From NCBI GenBank assembly GCA_025201805.1, contig MU619297.1, positions 114,197 to 178,196 of the forward strand: DNA of 64,000 nucleotides. Reading direction: 5' to 3'. Below, piece after piece: positions 51,544 through 63,700 of this stretch; positions within the stretch are counted from its first letter, which is position 1; each line of letters opens with the position of its first letter. The notes below the pieces were generated by a model, which saw nothing but the letters and a program-made list of their open reading frames with translations, did no database searches and had not been told where the DNA came from. The stretch comes from Parasitella parasitica NRRL 2501. Its lineage: Eukaryota; Fungi; Mucoromycota. Made by a program: the position numbers and the translations under genes.

Positions 51544-53199
51544 CAATAATGCATTCATTTCTCTCTACAGCCGTCTACAGCTATTTTATCCCCTCCATTT
51601 TTTCTTGAAAATAAATTTATGTTTTTGAAACAAAATAACCGAGTGTGTGAACTTTATATAGGCTCTCTATATTCGTTATCGTCATCTTCAAGCCAAGAGT
51701 GCATGCGTAGTGATTATACGATACGTGGGAGTGGCATTGACAGAACGCTTGTGGCACATTGAAGTTAGTTCCTTACTATAGATCCGAATTTACGCCCTTG
51801 TTTAGGTTACCATGCCAAATTAATATATATTTGCCTGACGGTTATGGACAACCTTGGTGTTGATGATGCTGGCACATATAGGTTTGCAAACTCGAAAGCA
51901 AACATAGCATGCCCAATAATGAAAACAGCTCCTCTGCCTGAATTGGGGACAAATGGATGGCTTTCCTTACTCAAATTCATATCTTATCAGATATCACACA
52001 TTCTGAGATACTTGCTAGTTTAAAATTGTGATTCATCGGTTTTCCTTAACACTTCTACCAAGTATTGAAAGCTCTGGATCCTTTAGATTCAAGTGCCTGA
52101 ATACGTTCCAAGCCTTGGTCGTCAAATGTGCGCTGTACATTCGAGAAGATGCGAATAGGGTATGATTCCTCCCCCAAAATACTTGCCAAAATATACCGCC
52201 TGATGTTATCTATTGCGCGTAGTATATTCCTCATTTCAATGATGAGTTCTATCTGTTGCTAACTTTTCATGTCGTTGAGGCCCTCTGTTGGAATACTGAT
52301 GTAGTATTTATGAATTGATCCTTGACTAATCTTCTGATCGTTTCTTGTGATTGTATTGTCGCAAATTTTTCCTGGTTTGCTTTCAATCAAAAACTAAGAA
52401 TCTCAAGTCAAAGTTAATGCATAGGCTTCACTATTTTATAATGTCATAAGTTGCATGTATAAATAAAAGTGAGCAGCACATTTGGAATACTCACTGTTTG
52501 CATGTAAATGGAGCACCTGGCGAATAACAAGTTTAGCCGTTGTATGAGGCTGAATTATATTACATTAGCCAACATAGCTCAATGTCATTGACTCATAGAT
52601 TGGCTGCACAATCAAACTATGCTTCATTTTATTTAGTTACTTTTTTAGTTGTTTATACCCAAGCTTAACTGCAAATATAGCTCAAGTCAGAGACTACCTT
52701 TATGAGATCAACTTTCACAATATGTAGGTTTATATCAATGCAGGCTTTTTTATGCCTTTAAATACGACAGATTGATCAAATAGATTAATATACAGAGGCA
52801 TTTCCATACACCATTATGAAAATACACTTCCGGGAAAATATTTGATGAAGAACATAGACAGACCTAAAACGATTACAGTAATAGACACAAACTAGAAATG
52901 TTCACGCAAAGACCATTATCTCTATGCTATCTGCCTAGTCCTTCTTACGATCAAGGATATGTGCTAGTTTGTAACGTGAATGCTTTTAAAACAAGCAATC
53001 GCCCGTAAGCTAGTATATTAAACCTGAATGCTCTGGTTTGCAATGATGGTTACAAAACCAAGTTCCAGCTGCAATGAACACAAGTATTTTTTTTGTTCCA
53101 AAGATAAAAAAAGATTGGTAATAATGGGGCTGTGCAATCACTAAAGAATTGAATACTGTGGTCAACTTATCCTTTGCAGTTTTCTTGAGGGATTTGTCT

Positions 53200-53790
53200 A
53201 ATAGGCTTGTTTAATTTTTTAGAGTCTCTCAAATTAGGCTTTCTTTTGACCAAGGTTTTCAACTTGGAAAAACAACCCTCAATAGGGCAAAAGAAAGGCA
53301 ATTACGTGAGCAACGAGCATATTGAATAAATTGAATTCTTAAAGAACTCTTTTACAACAGACGATTTGTGAATCGAAGCGTTATTCATAATAAAAAACGA
53401 AGACCAGCATTGGTATCACCCAGTTTCTTCATAACCACACTGATAAAATCTTTGAATATTTTACTAGTTGTGCTTTCTTTGACAATTTTTACTGAGGCTT
53501 CTTCAACTCCACGATAAGAGATAGCTGCAAGAATGAATATGTTTACAATTCGCTTTGTAGAATTGACCACTACGCTTATAGAGCCTTTCTTTGAATAACC
53601 TTGTCCACGAACAAGATCAACCAAAAAGCCAGCCTCATCAACAAAGGTACAATGCCTATTTCGGGCAATCTTTGGGCAACGTACTCGCATCTTTGTTTGA
53701 TAGTTTCAGATTTTAAAAACAACAATTTTGTAATTAAACATTTTAAAAAGGCAAATGCTTTTGCTTTGCAAATGAATACCATAACAATTG
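53200..53790 (-). mobile_element. Decayed IS630/Tc1-mariner transposase (DDE domain) remnant
   Basis: CTFVDEAGF...GYSKKG and ILAAIS. After a frameshift, FIMNNASIHK (second catalytic D changed to N), then *LPFFCPIEGCFSKLKTLVKRKP (cf. PPYSPFLNPIE). Confidence 0.85.
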
Positions 53791-54329
53791 ATATAACTCT
53801 TTAATATGAAAAATTCCCTCTTTTATTTAGATCAGTTTTGTAACGGGTATAAATAAAGCAATTGATGTTGTTAAAAAGTACTCCAATTCATGATTATATG
53901 TACAACAGATGTACTAGTTCATTGTAAATGAGAAGATAGATCCTAACAATGTAGTTCATCAATGCATGAAGAGAGACCAGGGCTCTTCATAAGTTTGTCC
54001 GCTCCAATTACAGCGAAGAAGAAATTCTGGACATATATTATTGAATCTTTCTTCATTCATATGGTATTACAGTGGCAAGAAAGTTTGATACAGTTTATAT
54101 TCTCTTGTTTTATTCTTTATTGATCCAATATTTTGTCTATCTAAAGGGGCGACAACTCCTTGAAAAGCAAAGAGCCTAAAAGTCAAGTTAGATTTGCACA
54201 TTGTTATTTCGAACGATGAAGAGGCAGTAGTCGATGGGATGACGGCGGGGATGGCAAAGACAGCCACAAAACGCAAGCTATATGGTAATGCCAATCTTGG
54301 AAAGTAAAAGCTATATTTAGGCGATGTTG

Positions 54330-55360
54330 GAATATTTATGCTTAATACATGAAACGAAGCAGATTGATCCTAATGACGCCATTAAAAGAGTTGTAGAAGA
54401 AGTTAAATGTGAAAGCTTAGACAACGGAAGTATTTTATAATAATATTTACTATGATTCGGTTGTTAATAATGAAGAGAAAGATCGAGTTGACGAGGATTC
54501 TGATGATCGTGATGGTGATGAATAAACTATGCCGTTGTACATAAAAAATGAGCCATATGAACGATATTTTCTTACTTAAATCAAAAGGTTTACCAAGTAT
54601 TGCCTTGGTCAAATATCCTTGATCGCATAAAGTACTAGGTAGAAGACAGTATCAAAATGATATTTTTTGTGCGAATATTTCTAGTTTGTATGGACTACTG
54701 TAACCGCTTTAGGTTTGCTTATATACTTCAACAAATGTTTTCATGTCAATAATGATATTTCTTTTCTTGCATGAAAAGTTGATAAAACCCAATGAGGCCG
54801 CTAAACTTGCAAACGCTAATCCTGACACTGCGAGAAAGTGGAAGAGAGAGCACGAAAGAGACGTTGAGAATGAGATAAATTTTCTACAAATGAATTTTAC
54901 ATCAAACAGAGCGCCTAAACCAACAAAATGAGGACCACGAAAATGCACTTGATCAACTTTTACGATGAAATTCCATCAACTGTTATCCACTATGCAGTCG
55001 ATGATTTAAGCAAAAGCTAAGAAGGTTAGGCAATAAAAAAGAAAATAATTGCTGAAGTCGTGAAAGAGGATTGAAATTCAATATAGAGGTTGTCACCAAC
55101 ATGAGCATCCAAAGGAGAGAAATAGTCAGGCGACTCTTGAAGCTCGCGCAAATTGGATTGAAGAATGACAAAACAGATGTTTGCATTTCATGAAGAATTG
55201 TGTTTCTCTCGATGAAGTAGGATTCGATCGTTTAAAAGGCACAACACGGCAAAAAAGCAATTGAAGAAACAACTTCTGCGAGGGGTTCATGACATAAAGT
55301 TGCTGGTGCAGTTTCAACATTTATTGTTATGAATGTAAGCATAAAAAATCAGTGCTGATG
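54330..55360 (+). mobile_element. Second, oppositely oriented decayed IS630/Tc1-type transposase remnant
   Basis: HTH-like FLFLHEKLIKPNEAAKLANANPDTARKWKRE, then fragments FMKNCVSLDEVGF and VAGAVS. Many stops and frameshifts. Confidence 0.75.
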
Positions 55361-55924
55361 GTAACATAATCTTTATAACGGTAACACGTAATTTGATCTT
55401 GCTTAGTATACCCTTATTTGTAGATATAAGAATATCATCGGCAAATATTATATAGTGATAATCATAACCTTTACGACAAGGCTTTACCAGATTATTTAAA
55501 GATTGCAGTGAAAATCTCCTGCAGCTTGTACTGTTATCAGACCAGACCATCCGAGATAGGGTGTATTTAATGTGCGTTTTTTTTTATCAGATTGAGTGCA
55601 AACAAAATTTGTAAAGAGTCTTAATCTTTTACATCGTAAACAGTATTGCATTTAGTTCCTGAATCTTTGACAATGGCATTATGGTAGTATACATAAAGCC
55701 ATTTTTTTTTATTGAAATAATTGTTTTGTTTGATCGATCAAATTTAAAAAGTTTTGAATTTTAAAGAAAAGGAATATTATACTGTTGGTATGGATTATTG
55801 TAGTAAAAATTGAGGTAATGTAGTTGTATAAATTAAGTTTTGGAACTTTTGGTTAATTCTCATAGTATATAAATTCAAATAAATAAGAAATTGGTTGCCA
55901 TTAAATCTGAAAAAACAGTGTCAT

Positions 55925-56720
55925 TTAGAAAGCCAGGTAACCAGCACCAACAACCATTGCAATGGCATAGCTGCTAAGCTGCAGTTTGCTAGCAGCATTT
56001 CCAGATTGCTCGGCAACAGGGGCACTTGCGGAAATGGCAGGAGATGCACCAGCAGAAATACCAGAAGCCGAAGCGGAGGCACTAATGATAGAGGAAGCAT
56101 TAGATGCAAGAGGAACACCAGATGAGAGAGCAGTGGCGACAGATGGGATGATAGAAGAACCAGTACTGGCGATTGAGCTAACAGTAGCAGCAGTAGTAGT
56201 TTCAGCCACAGCAGTTGTGGTTGTTATTCCTGCGGCAGTAGTGGTAGTTTGGGCAGCGGTAGTAGTTTGAGCGGCAGTCGTTGTTTGATCAGTCGTGGTA
56301 TCAGATGCACAGGTATCACCACTGTGTTGGGCGTACCATGCACAAGCACCAGAAAATTCGGCATTGAAAAGTTCTGGGTTATCGCCAGTACAAGCAGACA
56401 TACAAGTACCAGCCTTAGTCATGAATGACATGTAATCGGCAGTACCTTTGGTACACATCAACTTGAGAGAATCAAGAAATAAGGGTGAACTGGAATCCAT
56501 GGTCCAGCCAGAAACCCATTCTTGACCAGTTTGCTATTAACAATTAAAAATCAGCCATCAAATGCACGAAATATCAATAAAATGCCAAGGAATAGATACT
56601 TACGACATTACAATTGGTGAAACACTCAGTAGATCCAACGACATTGTAAGAGGGATTACAATTTTGAGCAGAGACAGCAACAGCAGCAGCGGCTAAAGTA
56701 ATGGCGATAAAAGAACGCAT
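55925..56720 (-). CDS. Secreted GPI-anchored cell-surface protein: signal peptide, 8-Cys domain, Thr/Ser/Ala stalk, GPI signal (intron 56534-56603)
   Basis: MRSFIAITLAAAAVAVSA signal. Cys spacing is C-x11-C-x3-C-x28-C-x16-C-x3-C-x15-C-x10-C. QTTTAA repeats. C-terminal SGNAASKL followed by hydrophobic YAIAMVVGAGYLAF. Confidence 0.88.
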
Positions 56721-57083
56721 GTTTAAAAAAATTGGAGTATGTATTAATAGACGAAAGTAAAAGATAAAAAGAGATCAAGAACCAGACATCTATTTAAACT
56801 AAAGATCAAAATCGCTTCTTTTACCCCCTGTTAGATTTTGAAAAAAAAAAAAAAAAAAAAACTTATGTACTACCAAATAGGAACATCTTGTAACTGTATA
56901 AAAAAATTCTTCTACTATCTGAGTAGTTGCATGGGACAATGTCTGATCCTTCCAAGGTTACAGACACAGAGAAGGTAGATCAAAAAAATCGATTCAGGGC
57001 GGACAATTGCGGTAACCGCCACCGCGCCCTTGTTCAACAATAACTTTGTTCTGATTGTAACACGGGTCCTGTGCTACATATTT

Positions 57084-57504
57084 TTATCAGATTTTTCCAT
57101 TGATGACACAAAAATAACTGGATTATAATATAGAAAAAATTCAGATTACATAGCATACTTAGATGAACATAGTGATCTGTCATTTAGCTTTTATCTGTAG
57201 CATGACAATCAATTTAATTAAAATTATTCTCTATCAGATCCTTCACTGCATAATATTTTCTCAAAACTGTCAAATACCCTGTAATTGCACAGACATCTCC
57301 GCATAGAAATATAATATAATGTTTTGACAAAAATGGTCAACACGAGTTTGATTTCTAACTTGGAAATATAAAAAAAAAATAAAGAGAAAAGCGAGAAAAT
57401 TCTTGATCGTTGTACCAACCATACTAATTTTACCATCTGATAAGATGTTGATGTAAAAGATGGAGGCGGCCCTTGTATTTTTTTTTTTTTTTTACATCTG
57501 ATAA
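57084..57504. promoter_or_regulatory. Cluster of extended GATA boxes (ATCTGATAA) matching the iron-responsive GATA repressor consensus ATCWGATAA
   Basis: Exact ATCTGATAA at 57084-57092 (minus), 57435-57443 (+) and 57496-57504 (+). ATCTGATAG at 57231-57239 (minus). AGATAA core at 57191-57196 (minus). Confidence 0.7.
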
Positions 57505-57695
57505 AAATCTACATACAGACTTCAGTAGATTTGATTTTGGTAGAAAGGTCAGACTTCCCTCTGCGCGCTTATATCTTTACTTTCCTTTTGCATTTGATTC
57601 CTCTTTTTTTAAAAGGAATTATACATCTATTTTATTATAAATAAAGCCCAAGAAATTTTGGTTTCTCTCTTTATCTTTTCTCATCGTCGCAAAAA

Positions 57696-59198
57696 ATGAA
57701 CCAAGAAAAGATTTTAGAACAGCAACAGCATCATCAATCATACCAGTATGAATTGAATGAAGAAAAAACTGAGATTACAGAGCCTAGTGTAGTTACGGTT
57801 GCCGATTCATTGCAGCAGATGGACGAAAGCCCCCCTCGCAAGTTTATGTGGTGGATCCCCTTACAAAGCCATGTTCATCCATTGCAATTTTTTGCTTTTA
57901 TCGTTGCTGTATTTGTTTCTCTGTCTTTGATCGTATACATTGCTGGTACACAGAGCCAAATCCTCATGGGTGTTTTGGGTATAGTGTCGGATACTGGTGA
58001 CATTACTGGTTCACTTTCTCTCTATGCTGAAATTATGTCTCTCTTTGGTGTTATTATCTGGTCTATGGCTTCAGATCGCATTGGTCGTCGTGGTGTATTG
58101 TCTATTTCAATTTTTCTGATGGGCCTGTCTATTGTTTCTTACCCTCATGTCCACAATGTTTATCCGGATATGCTTTTAATCAAGCTAGTATTCTCAATTG
58201 GCTCTGCTGGTTCCACCTCAATGCTCGTTTCTATGATGATGGAGATTGCCCATGGGAAAGGAGGTCTTGTATCTGGCTGTATTGGTATTGCATCTGGGCT
58301 TGGTGCTACATTTGCTGCTTTGTGCCTATTCATGGTCCCCGCTTACCTCTCCATGAAATATCCTGGACACAATACTGGCCTAATGTATTCTCATAGCGCT
58401 ATTGGTGGCACCTCTATGGCCCTATCGCTAATTCTCTTTTTCTGTATGCCTAAAGATGCCGTCACTCGTCCCCCCGTAAACCATATCACGGCATGGTTTT
58501 TGAAATTATACAAAGGCATCCAAGCTGTCAAAGAACCTCGTATCGCATTAGGTTATGCCTCCAGTTTTTTCGCTCGTGCAGATGAAATCATCATTACCAA
58601 TTTTTTGTCTCTTTGGGTCGCTAAATATTACGTTGAAAGTGGCAAATGTGTGGCTGGTCAATCCTGCCTGTATGCTCTAGCTTCCTCCTCTTCTTTATCT
58701 GGCTATTCCCAGTTAGTTGCTTTATGCGCTACCCCATTCTTTTCTCTCGGTTCTGAGTATTTGCCTAAAGAGTGGGCTGTGTTTTTGGCCGGTGTCGTTG
58801 GTGCTTGCGGATGTATCCCTTTCGCTTTTTCTATTGATCCCACATCTAAGCTCTCTCTTGGTTTTGTTATTTTGGTTGCCTGTGGTCAATACGGTATGAT
58901 TATCTCTGGCATGGCCATGGTTGCTGGCGATCATGTTAAAAGAGAAGAAAATGCTGCTATCTCTGCTACTTATTCTTTCATTGGCGCTGTTGGTATTATC
59001 GTTGTATCCAAAGTCGGCGGTGTACTCTTTGATGACTGGATGAAGGGCGCTCCTTTCCTACTCCTAGGCATTGGCCATTGCTTGATCATGCTAATGTCAG
59101 CATGCGTGTATATTTATCGGTTAATCATCGAGCGCAAAGCTAAAAAACAGCAGCAATTGCTCAACAAAGAAACTGTTCCTACCTATATTCCAAACTAA
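57696..59198 (+). CDS. Major facilitator superfamily transporter, 500 aa, intronless
   Basis: About 12 TM segments. MFS motif A SDRIGRRGVL. FFARADEIII in TM7 and KVGGVLFD in TM11. Confidence 0.9.
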   Translation: MNQEKILEQQQHHQSYQYELNEEKTEITEPSVVTVADSLQQMDESPPRKFMWWIPLQSHVHPLQFFAFIVAVFVSLSLIVYIAGTQSQILMGVLGIVSDTGDITGSLSLYAEIMSLFGVIIWSMASDRIGRRGVLSISIFLMGLSIVSYPHVHNVYPDMLLIKLVFSIGSAGSTSMLVSMMMEIAHGKGGLVSGCIGIASGLGATFAALCLFMVPAYLSMKYPGHNTGLMYSHSAIGGTSMALSLILFFCMPKDAVTRPPVNHITAWFLKLYKGIQAVKEPRIALGYASSFFARADEIIITNFLSLWVAKYYVESGKCVAGQSCLYALASSSSLSGYSQLVALCATPFFSLGSEYLPKEWAVFLAGVVGACGCIPFAFSIDPTSKLSLGFVILVACGQYGMIISGMAMVAGDHVKREENAAISATYSFIGAVGIIVVSKVGGVLFDDWMKGAPFLLLGIGHCLIMLMSACVYIYRLIIERKAKKQQQLLNKETVPTYIPN

Positions 59199-61015
59199 AA
59201 TGTACATTTTATTTCAATTTATTCCAGCAATAGCAAACACACACAAAAAAAAAAAAAAGAAAAACTTGATAATCACACAATTCTTTCAATGTTAAAACTT
59301 ACACCTTGTTTTCTATCTTATTCTATTTATTTATTCTTCTTTCAATAATCTAATCAACTTTTTATTTTTTTCATATATACGCAATTTTTGTCTCTTATTT
59401 TTCTCAATCCTATTCACTTTTTCTTCTTACATTTTGAAAATATAAAGTCTTATATTTGTATAAATAAAAATGTCACTGGCTTGACTTGTCTTCTTTTATC
59501 ATGCAGCAGCACTAGTAATTTATCAGATCTGTTAAATTGTTACGAAATAGTCAATACAGACACTCGTCATAAAATGGCAAATAACATCTTTTCGATCATC
59601 GTGCCTGCTAGGATGCTGCTAGTGCTTTGACTGTCGACATTTTCAAAAAATATGTAAGAAAGTAATGACAACTATCATATTATTGTTCAGGGTAAAATTA
59701 AATGATTTAAACTTGTGTTTCATTTCCATAGTCATATTACTGGCGCATGATACAAGTTAGTTCTTAAAAGAGGAATCCGCAAAAGAAGATGTCAATTATT
59801 GAAGGTAAAAATTAAATCAAGATTTGAAGATGTTTAGCAGAGCTTTTAAATCATATCTAAACATCGAAATTATTCGAATGAAGCTGCCAGCTTACACCTG
59901 ATGATACCTTTCCTCAAAAATTGTAAGTACTTTGCCATATTTTAAATTGGCAAGCCTGTTTCAAAACTAAAATGAGATTAAAGGCTTTACATTAATACGG
60001 TATAAATCATAATAACACGATAAACTGTGTTTTATATCCATTTGTTTCTTTTTTTTCAAAAAAAAAGACAGATACACAATATTTAGAACTAGAATAAGTG
60101 CTTCGTATAAGGGACAAATTCATGTGAATAAAGTAACTTTTTCTTCCAGATAATGATAGCCTTTATATTGTCTGCGTGTATTTGATTTTGAGACTTGGCA
60201 AAGTCATCACTTCAAGAGTCGTTTAGTGGTAGTATAATGCACATCAAAATGAACTTCAAATATTTGCAAACGATGGGACCATGTAATGATTCACATTCCA
60301 TGATGTCTCATTTTACATGAAACATCCAATTGTTATAAATAGGTTCAACCTTTACCAGATATTGGAACGCTAGTGAAAATATATGTAATAGCTACTATAG
60401 TTTATTACCATAAACATTTCTCATATACTAGCAAATCTATTATCTATAAATCATCCTTATCACTGCAAACCTGATCTGTCACTACCGATCGTTGTTTACA
60501 TATAAGTTTATAGTTCATATAAACATCGCCGCATTGCTGTCAATTACTTCTTGTCCAATAATATCTACATATATTATATAGTAAGTAATAAACCTGATAG
60601 CAATGTAAACAATTAAATACACCGTTCTACCCTTACTACTAGATAATTGTACTCCATCACAGACTCTGCGGTATGGAGAACATTTCTATGCATAAAAATA
60701 TCAATATGGATTCGAAGCAATACCCAAGCAGCATTTGATGGATAAAACACACTGCTTTCGTTGGTTAGTTTTGATAGAGGCGTCATCTCCAAATGCCCAT
60801 TTTCTCATATACTCTAGAGCTCATTCAATTTATTAAATGTTTTGGTATGCTACCCCCCTATCTTGATAAATATTCGAAAAATTTAGTATTATATCCCGCA
60901 AGTGTTACGATAATAAATTAATAGATAGGGTCTGAATGGCAGATTGGAAACCAAGAAACTGCTTCAAATCAAGAAATGTGTTGAAAAAAATCCAAGTGAG
61001 TTTTGAATTATATTC

Positions 61016-62331
61016 TTAATCCGTGTCAGATTCAGAATAAGATACCAACATAGATGTAGATGCAGTTGCAGTTTTCTCTTCCGCCTTTCTTTTTTTTTGA
61101 ACTGGTTTCACTACCTTAACATCATTAAGCTTCGTTGGTCTTTCGTCTTTAGTCAATTTCGCTGTAAATGGCTTGGGATGGTAAAATGGATCAGTCTTTA
61201 AACGAGTTCTAACTGATGCCAAACGACCCAACCCTAATTTCCTAATACTTGAGTTGTTTTTGGCTGTCCTGCTGAATAAAGGCGACACTGCTGCATCCAG
61301 TCGCTTTTCATCTAATACATGTGCAGCGTTATATTCAATAGATTTAGCTTCAATAACATCACTCGTTGTTTCTGGCAGTAGCTCGATTTGTAATGAATGT
61401 TTATCTCGCAATTTTTCAGTTTCTTCCCTTTCGAGTTTATCCTTCTTTTTCTCTTGTCTGAATTGCTTTCGCAATTGCTGTGATCTTGAGTATGGATCCA
61501 ACCATTGTGATTCGTTCAGTGTTTGTAATTGAGTTAGATGGGGTATTGCTTCTTGGATTATTTGTTTGTCTTTAATGCCATGTTCAAGGCGATACATAGG
61601 GTCTGATTCAAGTTGTTCTTTCTGTTCTTTGTCTATGAAACATTTGTTCTTTGTCTAAGGAATCAAGAAATGAACGGATTCAAATGCCTACTAACCTTGT
61701 AACTGGATCACTTCGGTATCATCTGGATTCCATTCTTCCACTTTTTTACGAGCTCCACTTACAACAACGTATGCAGTATTCTAAAACAAAGATCTTGTTA
61801 AACCACTATGAACGCATAAACAGAGTACGATATCTTACCTTGGGATCGGTATGAATCTCGATCCAATTATCGCATAAATGGCATTTCATCCGAAACTGGA
61901 GGATGGGCGTACTGTAATATTTTCCAATTTGTTTCTTTTGGGCATTGTATCTAACGCCTAAAAGTAAAATTATCGAGTTCAAACAGTGTTTCGCAAAAAC
62001 TAGCTAGCTTGCATAACAGAATGTATACCTTGGCCAATATGATTCTCGCATCCACTACACCATATATTAAAAGGTAATTCAAATCTATTAAAAGAATCAG
62101 TATTAGTATCAATTTAAGCATTTCATCTGTTTGTTCAGCACCTTACTATAAGAATACCTTCATCGAGTTTTCTCGCTCTGTCGCCTAAAGCATGTTTGCC
62201 GTAATGTGTGTTGATAGATCCCTGATACCGTATGATCAATTAGTCAAAGTGATGCTATTCATATTGATAGTCAAGGTATATACCTTTTCAGGCGTCCAGT
62301 CTGGAGGGTAATACTTGTTAAATGGTTGCAT
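61016..62331 (-). CDS. CCDC130: CCDC130/Yju2-family (Saf4-like) splicing factor, multi-exon
   Basis: NKYYPPDW, HALGDRARKL..GILIVR|FELPFNIWCSGC, RYNAQKKQIGKYYSTPI.FRMKCHLC (zinc knuckles), TDPK|NTAY, DPMYRLEH, DPYSRSQQLRKQFR. Confidence 0.92.
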
Positions 62332-63229
62332 AGTTTATAAACGAAAGAGTGAAAAAAGAGTGGCTTGTGTGTAGCGGCACGGTAACAGGTTTTTGAATGT
62401 TTTTTTGGAACCATTTTGAAGTCTTATAACTTATATTTAACTTTGCCAGCACAACTACAGGATTGTTGACTCAAATTAAATAAAAATAAGAATCGAATTT
62501 GTCAGAACAAGATAAACACACCTTCAAGATTTGGTTGAGAAAGCAAAGATTCAGTACGCTTTATTTCACAGTTAGCATCACTAATGAACCTCCTCACACA
62601 ATTATCTAGCAAATCTGCTTAACAGAATATGTAGCAACAACTTTAAGCGAGGAGCTCAGACTGGTTAGGAAATGAATGCTTCTAAAGCAACGCTTTATAA
62701 AGACTATTGGCTTACGAGCACCATGGTAGAATGCGATGGCATAAGAGGCATTTATGTATTTTGAAAATGGTATTGTCCAGACGCATTTGAAGCACTATAT
62801 AATTGACGAGCTGCGCAGAAGATCGTTTGCCTTAAGAGCTTTGTGCAGTAGACTAATTATAATGAAACAATCATATGGTTACTGTATACACCGCAATAGA
62901 GAAATGATGACACCAAACACCATTCAACAAACCAGAAACATAGAGTGTAAATGTCCAATTATTTACGGCATATTTGCGAAGAGCCTCTAGGAAGACTGAA
63001 AGAGCAGCAATCAATCAAACCTAGTGATGAGAAACATCTTGAAGGCCTTTTGGGCAAGCAGCACAAAAATGAGAAATCTGACATCACACGATAAATCAGC
63101 GAGAAATATCTATTTGGAGAGTAACTTATTTGATAGTACCTGTTTCATCTGGGGAATACCATGCCATTCACAACATACAAATTGATGAAGCATCTACCTA
63201 TATTAGATCTTGTTAAAGCCGATTTGATT

Positions 63230-63700
63230 TTCATTTAATAGAAGCTGAACGAAAGGAAGAGCGGAATAGAACATGTTGACAATAACCTATAGAGAGACGA
63301 ATCAATATTGGTTGATACCAGTCAAGATTATTGATATAACATGATTTTATCGCAACAGCAGCTTCCAAATGCACTATACGCAATCTCTCTTAAAAATTCC
63401 TTGTTTTTCGATTACCCAATCCCACTATATGTTACGAAGCCCCATAATGGAACAATTTTAAGGACCTTAAAACTGCCGATTCCTGCCTTTTTTTTCAACT
63501 TGAAACCACATTAAAGCATCTTGGTCAATCTAAAAGAACATCATACAAAAGTTACAAGCACTTTGGAGAACACTTTCAGAGCCATGAGAAATCGATGATA
63601 TTGGCTTACTACTACAGGGCTGAATTAAAATATGAAAAAATCGTGATTTTGACCATGAAGATGACGATTTTTTTCTATGATGTATTCTGGAACAAAATGA
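63230..63700 (-). mobile_element. Possible highly degraded Tc1-type transposase fragment
   Basis: The minus strand gives K-AGIGSFKV...WGFVTYSGIG, resembling the Tc1 GGGSVMVWGCFSxxGxG motif. The rest is scrambled by stops and indels. Confidence 0.35.

Noticed and set aside
59560-60900. Possible degraded gene downstream of the MFS
   Set aside because: There are splice-like signals but frequent stops and no recognisable family, so it cannot be supported.
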